In this document: one piece after another, positions 1 through 12,500 of the stretch | Numbering within the stretch: position 1 is the stretch's first letter | Layout: each line of letters starts with the position of its first letter | Assembly (NCBI GenBank): GCA_963514005.1 | Contig: OY740786.1 | Span: 21,700,001-21,764,000, forward strand | DNA length: 64,000 bases | Source of the DNA: Raja brachyura | Taxonomy: Eukaryota | Reading direction: 5' to 3' | Position numbers and translations under genes: made by a program | The notes under the pieces: model-generated | Database searches by the model: none | Seen by the model: the letters and a program-made list of their open reading frames with translations, nothing else | Told to the model about the DNA's origin: nothing

Positions 1-232
1 CACACAATATTGGTGGTTCAGTATTGATGTGGATAGAGAACTGGCTGGCAGACAGGAAGCAAAGAGTAGGAGTGAACGGGTCCTTTTCAGGATGGCAGGC
101 AGTGACTAGTGGGGTGCCGCAAGGCTCAGTGCTGGGACCCCAGCTATTTACAATATATATTAATGATTTGGACGAGGGAATTAAATGCAACATCTAGAAG
201 TTTGCGAATGACACGAAGCTGGGGGGCAGTGT
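1..232 (+). mobile_element. CR1 RT fragment
   Basis: [23 protein letters not shown]; closely similar to the CR1 at 55490-55710. Confidence 0.9.
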
Positions 233-323
233 GCACCATATTTTTAAAAAGTAAACTTAGAAAGGTCTTAATGTGTGGGTAAGTGGGACTTGTACAGACA
301 GGTAGAGGGTCTGCTCATCTTAC

Positions 324-532
324 CCTGTGCACGGGGTACACCCAGAGGCACCGTCCGCACTGGCCTTGCAACAGAGCCAGTGCCCATTGAGATAGGCCGA
401 AGGGTGGTACGTGGTCAGTCGTTTCTGGTTGCACTGACTAACTTTGGTCAGGATGTCCATCCAGTCTTTGGCCTCCACACAGTTGTTGGCCTGGATGTAT
501 AGCGCTCTCTCGGGCTGAATGACTTGGAACAT
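324..532 (-). CDS. RASA3: RASA3 exon ~21 (PH C-terminus + Btk zinc motif), 209 nt
   Basis: cag|ATGTTCCAA...TGCACAGG|gtaag; [55 protein letters not shown]...CTPCTG. Confidence 0.96.
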
Positions 533-3500
533 CTGATTTGAAGCAAGCACAAGAATCAATTAGCTCAGATGCTGTATTAACCCAGGTGGCAATCTTAAAT
601 TCTCCTGTTTTCTGCAATTTGGATGGAGGATTGCACAGTCAAATCCCTCTATAATCTATCCCTCCCCATCTCCAGCCCTCCATATCCTACCACTTCCTAC
701 CTCCATTCATCTATAGCCTACTCCTCTAATCCTTTATAACCTTTCCTCTTTATGTCTCCAGCCCTCCAGAACCTGCTCCATCGTATACCTCCACCCCCGT
801 ATTAGTAGTCTCTTAAGCATCCTGGATTTTAATCCCTCTGTTTCTGGCAGCCGTATTTTGAACTCCATATACCTCCACACACAGTCTTTGTGTCTCTCGC
901 CCCTTTAAGACTCTCCTTAAACTTATCTTTTTGACCAGGTTTCTAGTCACCAGCCCAACTCCTCTTTCTGTGGTTCAGATTTTGTCTAGCGAGCATGCAA
1001 TCTTCCCACATCCAACTGTGGTCCTTTTCCACCCAGTCTGAGCCCCAGCGTTAAACACTTCAGTGAAAATTTCCAGAATCTTCCATCTTTACGTCGATGC
1101 ACACAATCTAACATTCTACTCACATTTTTCATTTTGAATGATTCTTCCTCTAGTTTCTCAACTGCGAGGATATTTTCAATTGGAATATTGTACAGTGGGT
1201 GGTCGCCTAAAAACACCAGGAAAAGAGCTCATTAAAAAAAACAGTTCCTTCCAGTGTGGAAACTTGTCTGAAGCTTTCTGGCCAAGTTCATTGTCTAAAT
1301 CATCAACCAACTGAACAAACCCACTCATATAGTACACAAAAACAGGCCCCACATTGCCTCTGCCTCATGCAAGAGGATTTGAACAAAGATTAAGGCGTTT
1401 AATGCAATTATATTGGACCCAGATGAATCTATGCGTTAAATATGTTGTTGATCAGCAAGGATGTACTTGCACTGGAGAAAGTGCAGCAAAGGCCAGCAGA
1501 CTGATCCTGGGATTTCATTGCCATGGCTGAGCAGGCCAAGACATTGAGGATTTTTAAATCGGACGTTGATAGGTTGTTTACTAGTAACGGCATCAAAAGT
1601 TACAGGGAGAAGACAGGAGAATGGGGTTGAGAGTGAAATATAGGTCAGCCATGATCAAACAGCAGAGTAGACTCGATGCTCCAAATGGCCAAATTCTGCT
1701 CCTATGTTTTATGGTCTTATGGAATTCCAGACTGGATTTATTGGAGACTGCTTGATGTTGATGATACCCCCTTTTGGGCTCTACTCATGTGGAATCTTAC
1801 TGAACCTCCACTCTCGACAGGAATTCAAGGCATAGAAGGGACAGCAAACTGTGAGAGTGGGATGATGGTGGTGCAAATAAAGTCATCAAGATGGACAGGG
1901 ACGAGGACAATGCGAGGAAACCTGCGTTGGTGGTGGTCTTGGGGCTGCCTCATGCCAGCCTCTCCCAGCCCTCTCTATTTCCTCAATGCCATCTCCTTCT
2001 ACCCCCTATTCCTTCATCTGTTTATCAAGCATCCCCTTAAATCCATCTCTGCTCTGCACCTCACCCACTGTTTGTGGGAGTGAGTTCCATTCTTCCTGCT
2101 CCCTGGGGAAAGATGCACAACCACTATTTTCTTCCAAGTTATCTGACGGATCTCAAGCAGCGGTTGCTGAGTGGAAAGTCATAGTTTACACCGAAGATTT
2201 TTTAATGCTTTTGCTCCCATGTGCTCCCTCCTGTGATACTCAAAACTCCATTGATGCCATGACAAGATCTTGCTCTCAACATATGTTCGTGTGTGCTGGC
2301 CTCAGGAAGGCAACTGAGACCTGGAGCTTCGGAAGAATCATCAGGGAACATAAAGCCAGTGAGGATCCAGGCCCCAGAGGAACACTGTTCCTGTACTAGG
2401 AGGGAAGAGCTATGAGCCACTTCACCTTTGTGCTTGTGATAGGTGAATTCATGGTTGCTCAAGCGAAACCACCTCTTCTTAAAATTCTTGATGCCGAAGC
2501 GATTTCTTCCTTGTGCCCTCTTGATCATACACCTAAATGGAATTCCAAAAATATCATTTGAAAGGTTAGTAAATAAAGTCTTTACCAGGTAATCAAGGTA
2601 TAGGAGCCTAAAAACTGTCAAGTCCAGGTTCAGGAGCAGCTTCTTCCCTACAACCCAGGCTCTTGAACACAATGAACTCCAACTAAACTAACATTTGCCT
2701 TGGTTGGACAAGGGAGTTTGGGCTTTGTTTTGTTTCGCATTACATTTATTTATTTAGAGTTCCAGACATCTGATGATACAGAGATGGATAGCTGAAGAAG
2801 GATTGACACAGCGAGTAGCCTTTAATTCCTTGACTGGATAAACCATCCAGATCACCATGATGTATTAGTTTTATAGTCTGCTTTGACGGTAAATTGTTGC
2901 ACCATACATGACCTTGGTTATTTTGTTTATTTAATTTATATACAAAAACACCCAGAACTTGGCAGTGCTATCATCTAAACTCTTGACTTTGCCAAGAATT
3001 ATATCTAATCCCAGACTTGCAAAGATTGCCTACTCATCTCTAACACTGCAGCTTTCCATCTGACCCTTGTTAAATATTAACTGTTTTCTCTGCAAAAAAA
3101 CAAGCTCCTGACCAAAGAATGTGAATCTCTGATTTCAGATGTTAGCAACAAATCTGGGAGCGTGCTTAGTGCCCACATTGGTGGAAGGAGAAGTCAGAGG
3201 AATTGGAATGGATGCTGAAGATACTCAGTTTCAGAACTCATATTCCAGCAACTCTTAGCTCCTCACTGCACCACAAGTGACAGTGAGAGAGCAGGATGGA
3301 TTCATAAATGTTCAAAATTATATAAAGGGGCCTGGACAGTAAATAAGAAGCTGTTTCCAGTTGCAGGAGGATTGCCGGCCAAGGGATGCAGAGTTAAGGA
3401 GAGTAACAACAGAACTGGTGGAAAGTGAAAGGAACCACATAGATAGCGGTTTTTCGGTGCGATTGGGAATGCACTGTCTGAAAGGGTAAAGGTGAAATAT

Positions 3501-6500
3501 ACTCAAGAGGAACTTTCAAAGTTTCAAAATAAAGAGGAAAATCGCAGAGCTATGAGGAACATGCCTGGGAGTGGGACAAATCCAAGAGCTAGCACTAACA
3601 TAATGAATCAACTGCCAGCAGTAGCACGATGGATCAACTGCAAGATTCATCTGATTTTAGTGGGGATTCAGTGTCAAAACCTAAAAGCTGGATTTTCTTC
3701 CTTCATGGAGAGTTTAGAATGCGGGAGGCACACTTAACCCAGTTGTTTAGGATGAACAAAGGGTAGACACCAGACCTCCTGCAGCGTAATATGTGGTAGC
3801 CCACTGAGAGCGAGTTCTGTATATGATGGTGGATGTTATGAGACTGCATAAATTCTCCTAAATGTCTGAGTTTCTATGACTCACTGGATTAAAGGAGAAT
3901 TGGAATACAGCTGAAATAATAAAAAAGTTGGTCTTGTAAAAGTGGTCTTCAAGAAGTTGGATTGTTGTAAAAATCCACCTAGTTTATTGATCTCCTGCTC
4001 AGAGGCTAATATGCGACTGCTGTCCCACAGTAATGTAGTTAACTCTTGCCCTGTGACCCGGTTAAGCAAAACCCTCTTCTATCCTGGGTGTCCTTGTATA
4101 TCAGTCACTGAAAGTAAGCATGCAGGTACCGCAGGCAGTGAAAAAAGCAAATTGCATGTTGGCCTTCATTGCGAGAGGATTTGAGTTTAGGAGCAAGGAG
4201 GTCCTACTGTTGTACAGGACCCTGGTGAGACCGCAGCTGGAGTATTGTGTGCAGTTTTGGTCTCTTAATTTGTGGAAAGGACATTATTACTATTGAGGGA
4301 GTGCAGCGTAGGTTCGCCAGGTTAATTCCTGGGATGGTGAGACTGACACATGATGAAAGAATGGGTCGACTGGGCTTGTATTCACTGGAATTTAGAAGAA
4401 TTAGAGGGGATCTTATAGAAACATAAAATTCTTAAAGGATTGGACAAGGTAGATGCAGGGGAAATGTTCCCGATGTTGGGGTAGTCTAGAACCAGGGGTC
4501 ACAGTTTCAGAACTGTGACCCCTGGTAGGCCATTTAGGACTGAGATAAGGAAAACTTTTTTCACCCAGAGAGTTGTGAATCTGTGGAATTCACTGCCACA
4601 GAAGGCAGTGGAGGCCAAGTCACTGGATGTTTTCAAGAGAGAGTTAATTTAGCTTTTAGGGCTAAAGGAATCAAAGGATATGGGGAGAAAGCTGGAATTG
4701 GGTACTGATTTTGATCAGCCATGACCATATTGAATGGCGGTGCTGGCTTGAGGGGCCGAATGGCCTATTTTCTATGTGTAGAAGAAAAAAATTAAAATCT
4801 CCATTTACTTAATTTTGATCGGAATTAAACAAGGTGGCGATTGGCATCTCTCGTTGACCAGGTGCAGCAGAATATCATGGGAATTTGGCAAAACAAGTTT
4901 CAGACGTATTATCTCTTGTTTGGGAATGCATGGCATGGTGAATTAAAGCACAGCAAATTAGGACATAGATAAGGAAGCCTGTTTCTCAGTGGAAAGTTAC
5001 TGAATGCTGGATCACAATGTGACAATGTAACTAATGTGATCAAGAACACAACAGCAATAGCTGGGTTGACCACCCGTGCCCCCTTCCACCAGTAGCGCAG
5101 AAACGTTGCAGAAATGGGGGCTTAAGATTGGCTTGGAGAGGGGACAGTGGTTGAAAGATGAGATCGAATAATGTCAAGATGCCCTTGTATTATGTTTGAC
5201 GTGTTAACCATCTGTTGTTGAATAAGATTAACATAAACAAAAAGTATATTAAGACTAATTAAATAATTAATACCCATGTAGTAGATAATAATAACAAGAA
5301 AACATATAGCCAAGGACGAAGTATATTTTCGTATAGTTGTATCTAACAAAAAAAAAGTTGTTTTCTACACTGTATAACTGTCGGCTAATTCTGCTGCAAA
5401 GACAAAGAAACGGTGAGCAGTTAACTGCCACCATCTCTCCATGATATCGTGCAATAAAGCCTCTTGAAGCGAACCTCAAAGTCTGTTTTTCCTTTAATTT
5501 TCCTCTGTCAATTTCCTCAACACTATGTTCCTATGTCTCTATCGAGTAGTTAGGTCACCAGCGTCAGTTTAGTTTCGTTCAGTTTAGAGATACAGCGTGG
5601 AAATAGGCCCTTCGGCCCACCGAGTACGTGCCGACCTGCGATCCCTGCACACTTACACTATCCTACACACACAAGAGACAATTTATAGTCTAAAGAAAGG
5701 TCTCGACCTGAAACGTCATCCATTCCTTCTCTCCAGAGATGCTGCCTGGCCCGCTGAGTTACTCCAGCATTTGGTGTCTACCTTTGATTTAAACCAGCAA
5801 ATGCAGTTCTTTCCTACCCAGAGACAATTTACAATAATACCAAGCCAATTAACCTACAGACCTGTACATCTTTGGAGTGTGGGAAGAAACCGGAGCACCC
5901 GGAGAAAACACACGCAGGTCAGACCGTACAGACAGCACCCATAGTCAGGATGGAACCCGAGTCTCTGGAGCTGTAAGGCAGCAACTCTACCACTGCGCCA
6001 CTGTGCAGTCCATTCTCCTCAGGGGAATGGCAACAAACATTGGTCTTGGAATGTAGGTCACATCATGCAGGGTTTTCTGTGCAAAGGTTACTCATAAATA
6101 GTTTCATTTGAGTTGGACTGGAAAAAAAAATGTATTTACCGCAGAGAACAATGAGGTTTATGAACTCACCCTTCCTTTAACACGATTGGCTGCTCAATGC
6201 TCCTGTGGTCCTTTCTTCCGGAGGAGGAGATTAAATCTAGGAACTTCATACAGATCACAAACGCAGTGTTAAAGGGGGCACATCTGGACGTACAATCTGC
6301 CAACAAACTCCCTTTCTCTGCAAGTATGCGACTGTCTGTGTATCAGAGGAGTTGTGACCCTGGAAAAATCCAGAGATCTGTCCCCAGACAATTACGCAAT
6401 TTGACATTTCCTTCATTTAAGAGTATTTCTGTCAAAAAAAATTAAAAACAATCTATTTTCCAAGATCAGGATAAGTTTACAGATGTTGGCTCATAAGCAG

Positions 6501-9500
6501 TGCTTTTACTGATTGAGAATTTTATATTTGCAACATCTCAAAGGGAGTCTTTGGGATTCCGATAAAAATCTAGATAAACAATAGTGGTAAAAAAACCTCA
6601 GCTGCTCAGGCACCCAATCCAAACTGACTCCAACAGACCCTACTCCTAACGTCACCTCCAAAAAAGCCAAAATAATTCCAATTCAACCCCAACTGAATTC
6701 TCCCACCACCACAAAAGAATATACCACCCAAACCCCACCCCAAATAGAACTCCAATCATGACCCATCCCAACAGATCCCAGATTTCATCATTACCACATC
6801 CTCACCCAGAGCAACCCAGCACTATAACCATGTCCACAGCACTCCAACCCAATCCCCAGCTCGTTAGGATGCCAAACTTAACTCTGCCTCAACAAGACTC
6901 CATCCAGTATAGTGGGTGGCAGTCAGGAGAGCATAGTGGCGTGCAGGGTAGCACAGTGATGCAGCTGGTAGACCTGCTGCCTCACAGCTCCAGCGACCCG
7001 GGATTGATCCTGACTTCGGGCCTTGTATATGTGGAGTTTGCAAGTTCTCCCTGTGACCGCGTGGGTTTCCTCCGGGTGCTCTGGTTTAGTCCCACGTCCC
7101 AAAAATGTGTGGGTTTGTAGGTTAATTGGCTTCTGTAAATTGTCACGCGTGTGCAGGGAGTGAGAGAACATAAAAGTTGTGTGAATGGGTAATGGATGGT
7201 CTGTATGGACTCAGTGGGCCGAAGAGCCTCTTTCCATGCTGTATCTCTAATCTAACCCTAAACTCCACCTCAATGGAATCCCATATTCAAATACAACCCC
7301 AAAGCCAATCTACTTCTAATCACAAAGAACATCACTAAAACCAAAACTGGCTACAGACAGGTCAAAAGATCTCTTCCATTTAATCGTGTGGATGTCTAAC
7401 ATGTTTTTCACAATCTCATGACACCACAGGTGCCAATGAGGTTCTTTGAAGTGTTAGCATTGCCATAATGCTACCAATTCCACATGGCAAGATAAATGTA
7501 ACCTGGCCTCAATTAACTGATGGATAAATATTGGCCAGGACATTAAGGTTAGATTTCACGGGCAACACGGCATATGATGAATACGTTTTTGAATCTTCAA
7601 GATGGATGTTTTTCAGAGCAATTATGACCAAGGCATCTACATCAATAAAATATTACTTACGTTTCTTACAGCATCTGTGTATTTCTTATCATTAAAGTGC
7701 TCGTAGAAAGTGGCCATGTAGGATTCCTTAAAACTTGCCTGCAGATGAAATTGAAAAACATGTTACTCTTCAAGTGGGTAAGCAAGGAGATATCAGTGAG
7801 GTATTTATTGGCATTCCATTGTTAATCACTAAAACCGGGGGCTGCGAAATTCCATAATGACATTGCTCAGCAACAGAATTGGAGGCTTTTTGTTCACTCA
7901 GGGGATGTTGGAGTTACTGTCAGGGAGTGGCTGACACTCATAGCTCAATAGACAATAGACAACAGGTGCAGGAGTAGGCCATTCGGCCCCTTGAGTCAGC
8001 ACCGCCATTCAATGTGATCATGGCTGATCATCCCCGGTTTCCCGTTCCTGCCTTCTCCCCATGTCCCATGATTCCGCTATCTTTAAGAGCCCTATCTAGC
8101 TCTCTCTTGAAAATATCCAGAGAACTGGCCTCCACTGCCCTCTGAGGCAGAGCATTCTACAGAATTCAACATAGAACATAAAACATCCCCACACAGCAGG
8201 ATCAAAGTTTCCCACTGTGAGGGAAGGCACCAAAGTCAGTCTCTTCCTCAGATGTTCCCCACTGTTCACCCGTGGTCGGGGCCTCCCCGAGCCCTCCACA
8301 GTCACCGCTACGGGCGGCCAGATATTCAGGCACCTTTGCCGGGGTGATGTAAGTCCGACATCGGGGCTGGGGGATGTCCTCAACGGCCTGAACCTTGAGT
8401 CGGCCCCCTCCTACCGGAGTCCCTGGCTCCCAAAGTCCGCAGCGCACGGCGGGTGGAGATAAAACACTGGCAGCCCTCGGCAAAGGGCCCCAGGATTCCA
8501 TGGAGTTGTTCACTCCGCCCGTGTTGGAAGCTCTCCAAACCAGAGCTCCACGATGTTGGAGCTGCGGCCCAACGCTCCGGAGCTCCAAACGGCGACCCAG
8601 GTATGCATCGCCCGATCCGCGGTGAATCCAGCGTCGCACCGGCAGGAAAGGCCGCTCCGATCCAGCTGGTAGGCCACGAGGTGGGGGGCGAGGACGCGAC
8701 TCGGAGAAATAGTCGAGTCCCCGCCAGGAAGCGACTGGGAGTTAGTTTCCCCCTTAACCTGCCCCCCTCCCCCAGATATAAAAGTTAAAGACTCCCCCAA
8801 AAACAAACTTTAAACTGACTAAAAATAAAAAAAAGATGGAAAAACAAACGGGCTGCAGGTAGAGGCTGCTGTCAGTGCAGCGCCCCTAGTGACAAATGAG
8901 CGAGGGCTATATGTATGTAGTGATGATTGTATTTAATCTATGAACCACTGTTGTTTGTTATACTATTCTTATACCAATGTAAAGCACTTTGGCCAACGAG
9001 AGTTGTTTTTTAAATGTGCTATATAAATAAAAGTTACTTGACTTGACTTGACTTAAACACTGGTTCACTGGTCCAGGGCTCCCGATAACAAGTCCAGTAA
9101 CAACGACATTATGGAATTGAACAGTACACCTAATTTGCTGTACAAAGGGTCTTCACACATAATATTGTGGGCTGATTTCAGCAGCGTTATAAAGTTGAGT
9201 GGCATGAACTAGTTTTTTTTTATTAATTCACTAAACAGTGATTACCAAGGGTGATGTATTAAAAGCAGATGACCAACCATGTTTTTAACATTTACTAAAC
9301 AATGTAAAATAAGATCTTTTATGAACAAACAGGGACGTGGCAGATAAATCAGAGTTGCACGCATGTTGAGAGTTTACATACTTTGTTACAGATTCAGAGG
9401 CAGATCATTCCAGGAGATCGAAAAGCCTTTGCACATACCATAAGCAAATGTTGGCAGCAGGATCACATAATTCCTTAAATCTACTCCTCCGTGGGTGCTT

Positions 9501-12500
9501 GAGAACATTTCAAATAATCATAACAAATTATGAAGCATGTCGGAAGAAATTGTGTACGCTCCCAATTCCCAGAAGGAAGAATGGACTGACAGGCCTTTAT
9601 AGTTTGTTTTACGATACAGCATGGAAACTGGCCCTGCAGCCCACCAAGTCCATGCCAACCATTGATCACCCCGTTCAAATTGAATCTTAGATGGACAACA
9701 TAGTGGATTCTATTCTATGTAAATCCACTTTCGCATCAATTGTCCACATGTTAGGGGCAATTTACGGAGGCCAATTAGCCTACAAACTTGCGCATCTTTC
9801 GGATATGAAAGAAAACCGGAGCACCCGGAGGGAAACCAGGCAGTCACGGGAAGGACGTGCAAACTTTACACAGAGAGCAACCGAGTTCAAGATTGAACCC
9901 GGGTCTCTGCCGCTATGAGGCAGCAGTTCTACTAGCCAGGGCTCTCACTTAATTTTTTTTCTCTGTTGTCAGCCGGGCAACCTAGGCAGCGTTTTAGATT
10001 GCCAAATGACAGATTAGGTGGTCATTTAGGATGGCGTGCGATAATGTGCTCGGACAAAGGGCGTAGTTACCAGTCGGAATTATGCTCAATGAAGCATTCA
10101 CATATTATTTCTGCTTCAAATAAAGTCACAAACTAAACATATTCACCAATCAAGACATGATATATACCACAATGACATGCAGCAAAATTATAAAATACAG
10201 TATCTCACCTTTTTTTACACATTGCAATTAATGCAATTTCTATTAGTTCTTTCCACTTCCAAACAAAAAGTGGTTGGATTATGCAAGCATGTTTTGGACC
10301 GAAACTTATCATGACATGTCCATAGCATGGGTCGTTATTGCTATTGGCACAGAAACACTCTCGCTTCCCACATAATTTATCCATAACAAAATATACAGGT
10401 TGCAAGGACATTTCTAAAGGCATTTTATGATAATAGTTGTTAAAACCGACTATACCCATCTGACAGGTTGTCATTACACTAACTGACAAGAGATGGCCAA
10501 AGGACATAACTGCAGCAAATGTTCTTTTGGTAATATGTTTAAAGTTGTCAAAACACCACATTAGCGGACATTCAGATTAGATGTAACTGTTGTGAACAGC
10601 AATGAAGATACCCAGTTTGTAAACACGAGATTAAAAAAAAATTATTGATAAACGCTGTTTCCACTACAGAATTAACGTTAAAATTTCTCCTGAACTGAAA
10701 TATCTCCTGACCAAATTTGTGATGTATATGACCGACTGTAGAAGTAAAACCTGGATAAATCCAACGTATAGTTGTGAATGTTGCTCATTAAATAACTACA
10801 GTACTGATACTCCATATTAAGAGCATTGATTTGCCATTAAAATGAATTCTGTAATAACGTGTTAACGGTAGCAGTGACAATCGAACACTGCAGTTTTAAT
10901 GTTTCAATTGTTCACAATTTAATTAATCCATCTTTATGGACTAAAACAAATAATAACATTGGGAATTAAAACACATTTCATTGCATTCCGTTATCAAACA
11001 TAGTCAATGTTCGCTCTGAAGACATTTCCAACACAATAGTGTCGGGGGAGGGGGGGGGGGGGGGGGTGTGAATCAGTGCGGGATGGATAGATGGTGGGTG
11101 GGTAGTTGAGAAGGCAATCGGTGCGGAATGGAAAGATTGAAGCGGGTAAATTAGTACGTGTTGGTTGGAGCATGTAAAATTGTGAGGGGAAATCGCGGGC
11201 AATGTCAGTGGTATTGAGTGGGGGGATCAGTCCGGGATAGACGGGGGAGATCTGTGCAGGATGGATGGGGGGGGTCAGTACAGGATGAATGGGAGTAGAC
11301 AAAAATGCTGGAGAAACTCAGCGGGTGAGGCAGGATCTATGGAGCGAAGGAAATAGGCAAAGTTTCGGGTCGATACCCTTCTTCAGACTGTTCCCCCCAT
11401 TCTTCTTGAATGGGGGGATCAGTACAGGATGGACGGGGCGGGGATCAGCGTAGGATGAATGGGGTGATCAGTACAGGATGGATGGGGTGGGGGGGGGGGG
11501 GGAGAGGGGACAGTACAGTGTGGATCTGAGGGTCTGTGCAGAATGAATGGTGATCACTGCAGGATGAATGAGGGGCTCAATACAGGATGAATGAGGGGGT
11601 CAGTACAGGATGAATGGTGGGGCCAGTAAAAGATGAATGGGGAGATCACTACAGGATGGCTGGGGGGGATCGGTAAAGGGTAAATGGAGGGTGGGTTCAG
11701 TACAGGATGAATGAGCGGATCAGTACAGGATGGATGGGGGAGCAATGCAGGATGAATGGGGGGTGCAGTGCAGGATGGATGGGAAAGGCGGTGAGTACAG
11801 GATGAATTGGGGGACAAGTGTAGGATGGATGGGGGGGTGGCAGGAGAATCAATGCGAGGTGGATAGGGAGATCAGTGCAGGATGAATAGAGGGGGGGGTT
11901 GATGGGGAGGGGAGACCAGGGGGTGTCAGTGAGGACTGAATAGAGGCGGGAATGGCGATCAGTGCGGGATGGAGTGGAGGGGTCTCAGGATAANNNNNNN
12001 NNNNNNNNNNNNNNNNNNNNNNNNNNNNNNNNNNNNNNNNNNNNNNNNNNNNNNNNNNNNNNNNNNNNNNNNNNNNNNNNNNNNNNNNNNNNNNNNNNNN
12101 NNNNNNNNNNNNNNNNNNNNNNNNNNNNNNNNNNNNNNNNNNNNNNNNNNNNNNNNNNNNNNNNNNNNNNNNNNNNNNNNNNNNNNNNNNNNNNNNNNNN
12201 NNNNNNNNGTCATCGCTTATCAGACAGGGATGGCATCATCGCCCCGCTGCCTTGGCCGTCCCTGTCCACCGCCAAGTGCCGCCGCCAAAGGGGGAGGCAA
12301 TTGGGATCTCCTCGCCACTGCCTCCCCTCCTCCAACAGGAAGGCGCGGGGCTGAGCATTGCAGCTGCTTCAGACGGCGGAAGGAGGCCTCCCCCTCCCTC
12401 CCTCCTCCCGGCCTCGGCGTGTGGGAGGGTTTGTTTTGAAAGCAGCGGCCGCTATCAGGGCGGGCGGGATGCGGCATGAGGAGGAGTAGGTGGAGCCACT

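Noticed and set aside
10205-10561. 118-aa ORF inside the 5-bp-TSD element as a possible transposase
   Set aside because: No hAT/DDE or zinc-finger motif recognisable.
11959-12439. ORFs spanning X runs
   Set aside because: Artefacts of the N gap.
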